From Squalus acanthias (taxonomy: Eukaryota): a DNA stretch of 64,000 nucleotides. The DNA is taken from positions 84,260,001-84,324,000 of the forward strand of contig CM059432.1 in assembly GCA_030390025.1 (NCBI GenBank), given 5' to 3'. This document shows positions 51,097-64,000 of this stretch, piece by piece. The notes under the pieces are model-generated. The model searched no databases and was not told the origin of the DNA. It saw nothing but the letters and a program-made list of their open reading frames with translations. The position numbers and the translations under genes were made by a program. Numbering within the stretch: the first letter of the stretch is position 1; each line of letters begins with the position of its first letter.

Positions 51097-53848
51097 TTAG
51101 GGAGGGAGTTCCAGGATTTTGACCCAGCGACGATGAACGAACTGTAATATATTTCCAAGTCAGGATGATGTGTGATCTGGAGGGGAACTTGAAGGTGATG
51201 GTGTTGCCATGCGCCTACTGCCCTTGTCCATCTTGGCAGTAGAGGTCGCGGGTTTGGGAGGTGCTGTCGAAGAAGCCTTGGCGAGTTGCTGCAGTGCATC
51301 TTGTAGATGGTGCAAACTGCAGCCCCGGTGAGCCAGTGGTGGAAGGAGTCAACATTTAACATGGTGGATGGGGTGCCAATCAAGCGGGCTGCTTTGTCCT
51401 GGATGGTGTCGAGCTTCTTGAGTGTTGTTGGAGCTGCACTCATCCAAGCAAGTGGAGAGTATTCCATCACACTCCTGACTTGTGTCTTGTAGATGGTGGA
51501 AAGGCTTTGGGGAGACAGGAGGTGAGACACTCGCCGCAGAATACCCAGCCCCTGACCTGCTCTTGTAGCCACAGTATTTATGTGGCTGGTCCAGTTAAAT
51601 TTTTGGTTAATGGTTACCCCCAGGATGTTGATGGTGGGGATTCGGCGATGGTAATGCCGTTGAAAATCAAGGGGCAGTGGTTAGATTCTCTCTCGTTGGA
51701 GATAGTAATTGCTGGCACTTGTGTGGCACAAATGTTACTTGCCACTTAGCAGCCCAAGCCTGAATGTTGTCCAGGTCTTGCTGCAAGCGGGCATGAACTG
51801 CTTCATTATCTGGGGAGTTGCAAATGGAACTGAACACTGTGCAATCATCAGCAAATGTCCCTACTTCTGACCTTATGATGGAGGGAAAGTCATTGATGAA
51901 GCAGCTGAAGATGGTTGGGCCTAGAATACTGCCCTGAGGAAGTCCTGCAGTGATGATCTGAGGCATAGATGATTGGCCTCCAACAACCATAACCATCTTC
52001 CTTTGTGCTAGGTATGATTCCAGCTAGTGGAGAGTTTTCCCCGATTCCAATTGACTTCATTTTTATTAGGGCTCCTTGATGCCACAGTTGATCAAATGCT
52101 GCCTTGATCTCAAGGGCAGTCACTCTCACTTCACCTCTGGAATTCAGCTCTTTTTTCCATGTTTGGACCAAGGCTGTAATGAGGTCTGAAGCAGAGCGGA
52201 TCTGGCAGAAACCAAACTGAGCATTAGTGAGCAGGTTATTGGTAAGTGCCACTTGATAGCACTGTTGACGACACCTTCCATCACTTTGCTGATGATTGAG
52301 AGTAGACTGATGGGGCGGCAATTGGCTGGATTGGATTTGTCCTGCTTTTTGTGGACAGGACATACCTGGGCAATTTTCCACTTTGTTGGGTAGATATAAG
52401 TGTTGTCACTGTACTGGAACAGCTTGGCTAGAGGTGAAACTAGTTCTAGAGCACAAATCTTCAGCACAGCAGCCAGGATGTTGTCGGGCCCATAGCCTTT
52501 GCTGTATGCAGTGCGATCAGCTTTTTCTTGATGTCAGGTGGAGTGAATCAAATTGGCTGAAGACTGGTTTCTGTGATGGTGAGGACCTCAGGAGGAAGCT
52601 GAGATGGATCATCCACTCGGCACTTCTGGCTGAAGATGGCTGTGAACGCTTCAGCCTTGTCTTTTGCACTCATGGGCTCTGCCATCATGGAGGATGGAGA
52701 GGTTCATGGAGCCTCCTCCTCCCGTTCGTTGTTTAATTGTCCACCACCATTCACGACTGGATGTGGTACGACTGCAGAGCTTTGATCTGATCCGTTGGTT
52801 GTGGGATTGCTTAGTTCTGTCTATAGCATGCTGCTTCCGCTATTTAGCATGTATGTAGTCCTGTTTTGTAGCTTCAGCAGGTTGACAACTCATTTTTAGG
52901 TATGCCTGGTGCTGCTCCTGGCATGCTCTTCTACACTTCTCATTGAAACAGGATTGGTACCCTTGCTTGATGATAATGGTAGAGATGAGGATATGCTGGC
53001 CCATGAGGTTACAGATTATGCTAGAATACAATTCTGCTGCTGGTGATGGCCCACAGCGCCTCATGGATGCCCAGTTTTGAGCTGCTAAACCTGTTATGAA
53101 TCTATCCCATTTAGCACCGTGGTAGTGCCACACAACACGATGGAGAGTGTCCTCAGTGTGAAGACAGGAATTCATCTCCACAAGGACCGTGCGGTGGTCA
53201 CTCCTACCAATACTGTCATGGACAGATGCACCTGCGACAGGTAGATTGGTGAGAATGAGGTGGAGTAGGTTTTTCGCTTGTGTTGTTTCTCCCACCACCT
53301 GCCGCAGGCCCAGTCTGGCAGCTATGTCCTTCAGGACTCAGCCAGCTTGGTCAGTAGTGGTGCTACCAAGCCACTCTTGGTATTGGACATTGAAGTCCCC
53401 CACCCAGAGTACGTTCTGTACCCTTGCTACCTTCAGTGCTTCTTCCAAGTGGTGTTCAACATGGAGGAGTACTGATTCATCAGCTGAGGGAAGGTGGTAG
53501 CAGGAGTTTCCTTGCCCATGTTTGACCTGATGCCATGAGACTTCCGGAGTCAATGTTGAGGACTCCCAGGCAATGTTCCCCCTAATTTTTTTTTGGGTGC
53601 AACTTTTTAAGGGGCTGTGCGGCTCATTCAGTTTTACGTATGCACGAAACTAAACATTGAAAAAGCCGGTCCTGGGCTGTGCGGGACTGGCAGAGAGCTG
53701 CGCGGCTGCGCGGCACAGCTTAGAGGGAATGTTGCTTCCCAGGCCACTCCATCCAGACTGTATACCACTGTGCCGCCACCTCTGGTGGGTCTGTCCTGCC
53801 AGCAGGTCAGGACATACCCAGGGATTGTGATGGAGGAGTCTGGGACAG
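51097..53848 (-). mobile_element. Long copy of the tRNA-headed LINE family, both ends missing
   Basis: EN (VPDSSITIPGY..WVGDFN..SDH) through RT (GTFADD) and C-terminus. Confidence 0.92.
53571..53734. mobile_element. hAT-type MITE, same family as 2443-2576
   Basis: CAATGTTCCC...GGGAATGTTG; near-perfect TSD CTCCCAGG / CTTCCCAGG. Confidence 0.85.
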
Positions 53849-53849
53849 T

Positions 53850-54260
53850 GGGCATTGAATCTGCTTCCACCACCCTTTCAGGCAGTGCATTCCAGATCAC
53901 AACAACTCGCAGTGTTAAAAATGTTTCCTCATGTCTCCTCTGGTTCTTTTGCCAATCACCTGAAATCTGTGCCTTCTGGTTATTGACCCTTCTACCACTG
54001 GAAACAATTTCTCCTTATTTACTCTATCAAAACCATTCATGAACTTGAGCGCCTCTATCAAATCTCCTCTTAACCTTTTCTGTTCAAAGCTTCTCCAGTC
54101 TCTCCATATAACTGAAGTCCCTCATCCCTAGTAACATTCTAGTAAATCTCTTCTGCACCCTCTCTAAGGTCTTGATATACTTACAAAAATATGGTATCCA
54201 GAATTGGCCACAATACTCCAACAGAGGCTCAACTAGTGTTTTATAAAAGTTTAGCATAAC
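53850..54260 (-). mobile_element. CR1 3' fragment
   Basis: LEYCGQFW..LERVQKRFTRM and IWNALPERVVEA. Confidence 0.8.
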
Positions 54261-54440
54261 CACCTTCTTTTGTATTCTAAGCCTATCCAATCTACTCCAA
54301 TCCAATCTCCCAGGTCTTCCACTATTTCCTTTTATGTTCTTGCTTTTCAAATGCTTATCTAATTCCCATTCAAGCCTTTCAGAGAGCCTGTGTAATGGAC
54401 CAAATGGCTTCCTTCTGTAAAATAATGATTCTAAATGTGT

Positions 54441-56980
54441 CTTTTTTTAAATTCATTCATGGGATGTGGGCGTCGCTGGCAAGGCTAGCATTTATTGCCC
54501 ACCCCTAATTGCCCTTGAGAAGGTGGTGGTGACCTGCCTTCATGAACCGCTGCAGTCTGAGAGGTGAAGGTACTCCCACAGTGCTGTTAGGGAGGGAGTT
54601 CCAGGATTTTGACCCAGTGACGATGAAGGAATGGCGATATATTTCCAAGTCAGGACGGTGTGTGACTTGGAGGGGAACTTGCAAGTGGTGGTGTTCCCAT
54701 GCGCCTGCTGCCCTTGTCCTTCTAGATGGTTTGGAAGGCGCTGTCGAAGAAGTCTTGGCGAGTTGCTGCAGTGCATCTTGTAGATGGTACACACTGCAGA
54801 CATGGTGTGCCAGTGGTGGAGAGGGTGAATGTTTAAGGTGGTAGATGAGGTGCCAATCAAGCAAGCTGCTTCATCCTGGATGGTGTCGAGCTTCTTGAGT
54901 GTTGTTGGAGCTGCACTCATCCAGGCAAGTGGAGAGTGTACCATCACACTCTTGACTTGTGTCTTGTGAAAAGACTTTGGGGAGTCAGGAGGTGAGTAAC
55001 TCGCTGCAGAATATCCAGCCTCTGACCTGCTCTTGTAGCCACAGTATTTATGTGGCTGGTCCAGTTAAGTTTCTGGTCAATGGTGACCCCCCCAGGATGT
55101 TGATGGTGGGGGTTTCGGCAATGGTAATCTCATTGAATGTCAAGGAGCAGTGGCTAGACTCTCTCTTGTTGGAGATGGTCATTGCCTGGCACTTGTATGG
55201 CGCGAATGTTACTTGCCCAAGCCTGAATGTTTTCCAAGTCTTGCTGCATGCGGGCATGAACTGCTTCATTATCTGAGGAGTTGCAAATGGAACTGAACAC
55301 TGCAATCATCAGCGTGGCAGGCAGTGACTAGTGGGGTACCGCAGGGATCGGTGCTCGGACCCCCGTTATTCACAATATATATTAATGATCTAAACGAGGG
55401 AACTAGATGTAATATCTCCAAGTTTACAGACAACACAAAGCTGGGTGGGCGTGTGTGCTGTGAGGAGGATGCAGAGAAACTCCAGTATGATTTGGACAGG
55501 TTGGGTGATTGGGCAGATGCATGGCAGATGCAGTATAATGTGGATAAATGCGAGGTTATCCACTTTGGTGGCAAAAACAGGAAGGCAGATTATTATCTGA
55601 ACGGCAATAGATTGGGAAAAGGGGAAGTGCAACGAGACCTGGGTGTCCTTGTGCACCAGTCGCTGAAGGTAAGCATGCAGGTGCAGCAGGCGGTTAAGAA
55701 GGCAAATGGTATGTTGGCCTTCATAGCGAGAGGATTCGAGTACAGGATCAAGGATGTCTTGCTGCAGTTGTACAGGGCCTTGGTGAGACCACACCTTGAG
55801 TATTGTGTGCAGTTTTGGTCGCCTTATCTGAGGAAGGATGTTTTTGTCATGGAGAGAGTGCAGCGAAGATTCACCAGACTGATACCTGGGATGGCAGGAA
55901 TGACGTATGAAGAGAGATTGGGTCGATTGGGCTTGTATTCGCTAGAGTTTAGAAGAATGAGAGGGGATCTCATTGAAACTTATAAAATTCTAACAGGACT
56001 AGACAGACTAGATGCAGGAAGGATGTTCCCGATGGTGGGAGAGTCCAGAACCAGGGGTCACAGTCTAAGGATAAGGGGTAAGCCATTTAGGACTAAGATG
56101 AGGAGGAATTTCTTCACCCAGAGAGTGGTGAACCTGTGGAATTCTCTACCACAGAAGACAGTTGAGTCCAATTTATTAAATATATTCAAGAAGGAGTTAG
56201 ATATATTTCTTAAGGCTAACGGGATCAAGGGATATGGGGAGAAAGTAGGTACTGAATTTGGATGATCAGCCATGATCGCATTGAATGGCAGAGCAGGCTC
56301 AAGGGGCCGAATGGCCTACTCCTGCTCCTATCTTCTATGTTTCTATGAACATCCCCACTTCTGACCTTATGATGGAGGGAAGGTCATTGATGAAGCAGGT
56401 TGAAGATGGTTGGGCCTAGGACACTGCCCTGAGGCACTCCTGCAGCAATGTCCTGGGGCGTTGGTCCAAACATGGACAAAAGAGCTGAATTCCAGAGGTG
56501 AGGTGAGAGTGACTGCCCTTGAAAACAAGACAGCATTTGACCGAGTGTGGCATCAAGGAGCCCTAGTAAAAATGAAGTCAATTGGAATCAGGGGGAAAAC
56601 TCTCCACTGACTGGAGCCATACCTAGCACAAAGGAAGATAGTTGTGGTTGCCCAACCTCTGGAATTCAGCTCTTTTGTCCATGTTTGGACCAACGCTATA
56701 ATGAGGTCTGGTGCAGAATGGTCCTAGCGGAACCCAAACTTAGCACAGTGAGTAGGTTTTTGATGAGTATGTGCTGTTTAATAGCACTGTCGCCGACACC
56801 TTCCTTCACTTTGCTAATGATTGAGAGTAGGCTGATGGGATGGTAATTGGCCGGATTGGATTTGTCCAGCTTTCTGTGGACAGGACATACCTGGACAATT
56901 TTACACTTTGTCGGGTAGATGCTCGTGTAGTAGTTGTACTGGAACAGCTTGGCTAGAAGTGTGGCTAGTTCTGGAGCACT
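54441..56980 (-). mobile_element. 5'-truncated copy of the tRNA-headed LINE family, with CR1 insertion and internal inversion
   Basis: Intact 3' tail at 54441-54520. RT split at FADD by a CR1, and segment 56458-56650 is inverted. Confidence 0.9.
55315..56346 (+). mobile_element. Young 5'-truncated CR1, open RT C-terminal frame 55324-56265
   Basis: GVPQGSVLGP..RPHLEYCVQFW; tail TTCTATGTTTCTAT. Confidence 0.95.
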
Positions 56981-57932
56981 AGTTCTGGATGCAGGGTTTT
57001 TATACTACATGGGTTGGTGTTACCCATCAGAAACATCTTAAACGGCTCCGTTACATGTTTCCTCAGGGTATGACCCAGATCTGGTAACTCAATAATGACA
57101 AAGGATTGAATCTGAACCTTCCTGGTCTGTGCAACATTGAGTAATACATTTACTCAATGAGCTATAGGGGAGCAGGTAAAAGCTTTGACTTGATATTTTT
57201 AATAACAGTTAACAATAAATATACTTGTCACTGAAATAATAAGGAAACCTCAAACACAAAGGAGAAATATTAAACATAGATCAATTTACAATCCAGTCAG
57301 TGTTGCTTTTTTCAACTGTATCTTTCCTTTATCCAGGTGAAAATATCAGGCATTTGACAAAAGAGGCCTATTTTGCATTTTTAAAAAGCACCATTAATCT
57401 ATAATTCAATAGGCAATTACATACACTGTCATAGGGCAGGCCATTTGAGGTAATACTGAATCATGATTGAGAGTCAACTGCATTTTTTGCCTGACTTGGG
57501 AGAAACAGAATAAAATCTTGATGCACAGCTTGTGATGGAGTTATACACTGTGTTGGCCAAGGTTCTCTGCAAGAGAACAATTCAGTATGAATAGCTCGTC
57601 ACGGAGGATGCAAGGTGGATGGAAGGATACTCCTTCCAAAGCAACATTTATTTTTATTCACAAGAGTTCCTGTGCAATAATTTTGTTAACTGTCAAAACA
57701 GTTCATTTCCTCAATATTTTAATGTAAGATTAATTCTTACTTCCGTGAAGGCTTTACAGTTTACCCAACACAAATTAAGAATTAGATTAAACAATTTATT
57801 CTACTGCTGCTGTAGCAAGAGTATCAGTAGTCTTATCATCACCACGAAACGGTTCGCATTTCGGATCTCTTCTTCCTCGCCCTTCGTTTATTTGTTCTCT
57901 TCCAATATATCGTTCAATTAAAAATCAGACCA

Positions 57933-58603
57933 TTATTGTTTCAGATTTAAGTCTAACAGGTGTATCCTATAATCCTTCATTTTATAATGTGCTGAGATGG
58001 ATGCTATCCCAGATGTAGTAAGGTAAACCGGTGTGATCACAGGTAGTTTCTCACCACACAAGGGTGGGGAAAGTTCATTGGCAGAAACCCGCCGATTGTA
58101 CAATGGGACAAAGTCACTCTGGTCACCAGGGTGAGTACAACTATGAGAGTTAAAGTAACCAAGGATCCCCAGACAGACCACAGCAAGATCCTCCTCTATT
58201 AAACGGGAAAGTTTGACCTGCAAAATACCTCGATGGACAACACCTCGGCCGCGCCCTTTCACTTTAGTCACCGAGGGTGAAAAGCGCGCAACTAATTCTC
58301 TGACCCGCTTCCTGCTCAAATCTCCGCCGCTGCGAGTGGGCAAGGAATACGAGTTTGGCCCGAAATAATCACGCTTTCCCCAGCACGAGCCTCCGTATCC
58401 CCAGGGGCTGCTTTCATCTTCACGTGAGGGAAATATTTATAAACTCTGATGGGGAAGGACAAAACTCGGCCTCCGACGTTGGAGCCGGATTGAGTTTCAC
58501 AACAGCACACTCGCTGCAGCGTGTTCGTGAGGCTCCTCGTGAAAACAGTGACTGGGTCAACGCAAATATACAGCAAGTGTACTTTTATACTTACTTCGCC
58601 CAT
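57933..58603 (-). other. Candidate two-exon transcript from the CpG island (possible 97-aa sORF or lncRNA)
   Basis: AAGATGG Kozak at 58603, donor GAA/GTAAGT at 58594, acceptor TTTTGCAG at 58218, in-frame to TAA at 57933, AATAAA at 57800-57795. Protein not recognised. Confidence 0.25.
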
Positions 58604-59420
58604 CTTCACAGGAACAGAGTGCCACAGAGAGGGGAAAGGGCCTTAAAAATAAGGAACAGAATTAGAGTAAGCAGCTGAGTATAGGGATGGGTTTTTTCAG
58701 GTTTGGAAATACTTGCTGAGAACGCGCACACCGGCGCGCGCCCACTGCCGGGCTTCACTCGTCATGCGCAGGCGCCAGCCGCGCGCTCAACTGACGAGGC
58801 TCGCGCGAGCGAGATCGATCCCGCCAGAACCTCGCACTCGGTTGCCAGGATGTGTGTCCCTCAGTGGCAGGGTTCATGCGTGAGCGCCATTGCTCCAGCT
58901 GACAAGATTGACCGTGACAAGCCACAGCCGGAGGTGACAGCTGCGCACTCAAGTGACAGCTCTCGCATATACGGATCATTGCCATCCGCTGAGAAGAGTT
59001 CACACACGTTTCACACCCAAGCAGGAACCATTGCCCAAGCCGTCTGCCCACCTACCAGGGTTCATCACCCCTGCCACGTTCCTTACTAGCAGGGGTCACA
59101 CTGCCAAAGCCACACGCCCAATAACAGGGTTGACAGGCGCCGCGAACCAGTTCTCGAACAACGGGCCCAATTGGCAGGATTCCTGCGCGTGAACGATCCG
59201 TCATTGCGGGTTCGCGGAAGGAAACCAGGATTGGAGCGCGTTCATGGGTGGGCACGCGCGCAGTGTGCCGATTTAACTTGCACAATGTGGGTGGTTGCAC
59301 ACAAAGCTGTGTGAGGCGCGCACCCAGTCGCGCACAGAAACTGTCCACAGCCGCGTGTGGGCGCACTGTCGGCATGGGGATCGTTCCTTCAGAGCGAGCC
59401 TTACTTGCAATACATTCGCT
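58230..59420. promoter_or_regulatory. CpG island / probable promoter
   Basis: Dense CpG and CGCG, non-repetitive, GC-rich relative to the flanks, CCAAT motifs near 59118 and 59167. Confidence 0.7.
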
Positions 59421-62400
59421 GTTGGGACGTATACATAAACATAAAACTGTTACTATCACAATCACACTACTACCGATATTAACAAGCATTTAAAAAAAAG
59501 ATTTACACAGAAAGTGTATTTTTACGAGTGTTCTTTATAGGTTTATGCGTGTGTTTGTTCGGAGACTGCGCCTACACACGTGATAAAATCGTCAGCCTCT
59601 GACCCAGATTGCGGCACCACAGGCTTTTTTGCGGAATGTACGGCGTAAGTACATTTTCTGTTCATTCGCCCAATCAGCCATCAAAAGAAATGGTTTGGCG
59701 TCCCACTTTGGATAAAAGTCCTCTAGAGTTTGTTTTCTCATGCCTTCTATATTGCAGTCAAAATAATGCGCTCGGAGTTCATACGTAAACTTTCTGAATT
59801 GTTCAAAATTCAGCGTAAACTCATTAAAAATCAGCAAGAAAAATATATTTTAAAAATGCAGTCTTGCTGTACTTGTTTGTTAAAAACATCGCCAGCTGCT
59901 TTCTTGGCAGCCATCTGCCATTGCCAGTAGATTCAAAGGAGCAGATGAAACGGAATAAAGATTTAACGTTGTGCGTGTGAATTGTTTGAATAATCACACA
60001 GTAAGAATGTATTAAAGTATAGGATATACTTACTTGAATTAACAATTCTAAATATCCATATGAATTATTGTGCAGATCGGAAGCGCCTGAACAAATCCAG
60101 CCGTCTGTTTCTTTCACTCCTTGCAACATTTCAATATTACGCGGTGGTGTTAGAATCAGCATTATATCGTCTACTTATAATTCAAAAATGTTTAATGGTT
60201 TGGATTTTATTTTGACAGTATACTGTACAATAGATGATTCATTCACGCATTCAATCTTACAAACTATGTGAAGTAAACACAAGCGCGTTTGTAATTCCAA
60301 TAGGTCCATGTTATTTATGGACATATGCCCAGTGTAATTCTTAAATATTGAGGGGAATGTTTTTAGATTTTAATACATGACTATTAGCCTGCGTTTTTGT
60401 GTCCATTTCCGAAGAGACGAAGAACGTGTCTCTGGTTTTCAGCATCCTGACCTGTTTAGTTGCTGCAGCATCAATTCGCAAAGAAATAATTTCAACTCGG
60501 AAAAACAGTTTCATTGGCAACTGACATATTCAGAAAGTAAAGAAATACAAAAAAAATATTCAAACGGTATATCTTATTTTATACACGAACGCAGCCCGGT
60601 CTCACTGGATATATTGCTTTATTTAGTGGGCATCTTTATAACATTGACAACATTCTGCTGCAATAAGCCTGTTCTTTGAGTCCTGGTAGTTCTGAAAGCA
60701 TAAAAAGTGAAGTTACAGAGTGAGCGGTTTTTAATTTAGAGAATAAACACGGGTTCTGCGCGCAGTGAATACACACAAACTTCGTGAAACAAACTTGCCT
60801 TTGTTTCACGACGCCAACCAATTTAATTAAAAACAGTGCGAAGTGGAAGTGGCATCTACAAATAATCGGCTGCCGATCTCCAACCACTGATTGTGAATTA
60901 CAGTAATATTTACTTCGATTGTTTACAAGTATATAAAATCTCATCGATAAGCACCTTTGTGTTCGCAGTTATTCATACTACCCATCATGGTTACCGTTTG
61001 CTGTGCGAAAGTAACAAACTCAAGTTTGATAGATCATTGTTATATCTAATATCAGCACTTTCCACTGTTAAAACAATCATGTAGCCATTACAGCAATAAA
61101 ATTGCGTTTTAATTATTTAAATATTTTCAAATCACTTAAACTAAGTTTATATTGTAGGCTGAAATATCTATTCGTGTTTCATGTGTCTGCTGCTAACTTT
61201 TAGTATCGATTGTTAAAACAGAAATGTGTGCTTTTCAGGTGCGTGCGTGTGGCGGAGGCTCACTAATCTGTATTTGAATGCGTCATGTCAGAGTATAATC
61301 CTGGTTTTTACAATGATATATATGTCGGTTTTGATTTGTTTCTTCTGTCCCCCCAAGGTCTCATGTTCTTACACTCTATCGCCTAGAGCGCCAGTATACT
61401 CTGGATGGTTTTGCAGTGTGTAGAATACAGTAAAATGTTCAATAATAGGAAACAGCACAATTACGGCGTTATTACTTACATGTGGCCAATCTGTATAAAA
61501 CATGTTTGAAAAGCACAGTTCATTACATAAATAATCAACCCCCTCAGGGTAGAATGTTTATAATTTGTGTTCACAGATTTCGTTGAGACACTCGCCACAG
61601 TGATGGTGGAGGATGCTCATTCAGATCATCATTTCTACCAGAACCCTATTGCGAATTATACTCTCTCTAGTTTTCGGAAGCAGTTGGTGGCCTCAATCTG
61701 ATAGAATTACACAATTTAATTATAAGTTATTCTAATGTTCGTTCTATAGCGTCAACACAATAAGAAAACGTCGATGGTACAACTTACAATAAACTATAGC
61801 TTGTTTGCTGTAATGTAGCGATGTTTCGCTGCATCTGTGGTTATTAATCTGATCGCTTTTTGCAGTTTGATGCGCGCATAGTTGAACAATGTTTATATTG
61901 ATAAGATAGCTGATAACTCTGCATGGAAAAGCATCATTAGTGATTTTATGAGATAGTTTCTCATTCTAGTTAAGATTTGTAGTCGTTAATAGACAATCTA
62001 AATTTGTCCTTTAAGACTTAATAAATACATTTATTTTCTACAGTTTAGAGGAGAGATTGTAAAATACGGTGCATTCTAGTTCATACTTTAAATTTTCATC
62101 TTAGCAAGCCAAAATATGTAAGGAATTTTCAGTAAAATATTTTTCATTTTGGGAGGCAAATGCCACACACAACCAGATCACGACATACAATGGCAGAAAA
62201 AATGTCTTAACGGTTTTAACACCGGGTAAGGATCTTCTGATGTCTGATAGGTTACTCTTGTTAATTAGAAAATTTTAGTTGTTACTGTTGTAGTTATTTT
62301 CAAATATTTTAAGAGTGTAAGATTCACCCAATAAAATGGATTATACGGCTCACCAAATGCTGCCAGCTGATTACATAACTGACTTAGTCCTATAAAATGC

Positions 62401-64000
62401 AATAACATACATATAACATTATTTAATATTGCATTTGCCTTATTTAGAATTGAAAGACAATATTTTCAGTACAAATCTTTCATTAGGTCGATCAGAAAGT
62501 CTTCATAATAGTTTCAGTATTATTCAGATTTATCCCCAATTCAGAATACATGGCAAAATACACCTGGCCGCGACTACAAAAGGACAAATGAATGATGAAT
62601 TTCTGACCATACCGTTACACTAACTAGCCAATTAAACGTCTCAGGCAAAGGATTCCCAGCTGATTGAAACTTTTCCCCCTATTCATATTTTGGAGTGAAA
62701 TACATTACTTAAAATGCCACTAATTGCTGACGATTATTTTCATAATGAATAAAATGTGTCATTTAATTGAACGTAGGTCGTTCGTGCATGCACATATCTT
62801 TAAAATTGTTACAGTAGAAATGTTTTAATCTTAATGAGAACAGTCTCGTGAAAAGAAACACTTCCTGTAATCCAATTATTATTAGGTAAACGTACTGGAG
62901 TGTGCAGATTATATTAGAATGTATAGTTGAGTCCTGCTTTCGGATTTCCATGTAAATAAATTATATTAATTCGATGTTTATTAAATGATTCTATTGTATT
63001 CGATAATTTTACTAAACTTGATAACATGTTTATTCCGAAATAACCGAGGAACGGTCGAATGCAATATAGGTTTACCGCTTAACCGAATGATGCTGCAAAG
63101 AAAATCGATACATGGAGAAGACATACATTTCCAATGATATAAAGTCGCAATAGAGCTATATAGAGTAGCACTGAATATTGCTTCACGCGGAAATTACTCA
63201 AATATATCTAAGATGGATATATTCCTTAAAATTATACAGAAAATATTGCAGTACTCAGCGAGTTAAACATCTACAGTAATATTACCTTAATTTCTTCCGG
63301 AAACAGATTTAAACTTGCAATAACAGTATCAAAATGGTTAATTATTTTTAAAAAGCGTAATATTTCGAAGCAAACTGCTATTTCGTGCCACATTTGTAGG
63401 CGACTGAGCTGTATTAGCAACGTAAGAACACTTTTATGAAGCTTTGTTAGCAACAGCAAAGACAATCTTTGGTATTTTGAATAAATATGCCACGGCTGTT
63501 TTTTTTGGTACAAAATGCATCTTCGGGCGCAGTGGATATGCTTTGCAAGTTGATTTTGATCACTTTATCCTTTTAAAGATTTATGCCATAGTTTATCCAG
63601 AGAGATCAGTACTTTGTGGGTAATTTGGGATGAGGCAGTCAATTTGTATGGAATGGTTAAGGTTTGCGGGAGTCAACTTTTGATGTGTCAAAAAACGTTA
63701 TTCACTGTTTTAATGTTTCTCTCCATCCTATAAATTAAATTAGAATGCTCTTATATTTATTGATGATTAAAATCAATTTGTAGGAACTATCGCTGTAATT
63801 ATGACAAGGAATTTGCTTTGTTGAAAATAAATTGATTTAATAAAATTACCTCTGTCAACAGCACTGCATCCGATTTTGTGTCAACTTGTTTTGTTAGTTC
63901 AGACCTTAGAGGGAAAAAAGTCACCGTATAGGATTATCTTGTTTATAAAGATAATTCGCACTTTGCATTTCTTTCTGATTGACAACAAAGCCATCACATA

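Noticed and set aside
55311..56350. Targeted CR1 insertion into the FADD catalytic motif of another LINE
   Set aside because: A single event in a TE-dense region; no evidence for targeting.

Overview
Eukaryotic, almost certainly elasmobranch (shark) genomic DNA: it carries an HE1-type V-SINE together with abundant CR1 LINEs, Penelope and Harbinger elements. Positions 1-57,000 are mostly nested transposable elements, with no confidently identifiable host gene. They include six two-gene PIF/Harbinger DNA transposon copies (convergent DDE transposase plus spliced Myb/SANT-like gene). One copy at 6467-10567 is near-intact, with TIRs, a TAA TSD and a single 1-bp frameshift. There are also many Harbinger- and hAT-type MITEs, CR1 and L2 LINEs, and a Penelope-like GIY-YIG element carrying a minimal hammerhead ribozyme. 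The most striking observation is a ~3-kb single-ORF (APE-RT) LINE at 18466-21478 (- strand). Its 5' end is a tRNA-derived RNA polymerase III promoter (A and B boxes) and its sense strand has no TTTT terminator by my reading. A SINE at 49727-50016 looks like its internal-deletion derivative. Together these suggest a Pol III-driven autonomous retrotransposon and its SINE partner. From ~57,500 the sequence becomes TE-free and CpG-retaining, with a CpG island at ~58.2-59.4 kb. Coordinates were read by eye, and boundaries of decayed elements are approximate.
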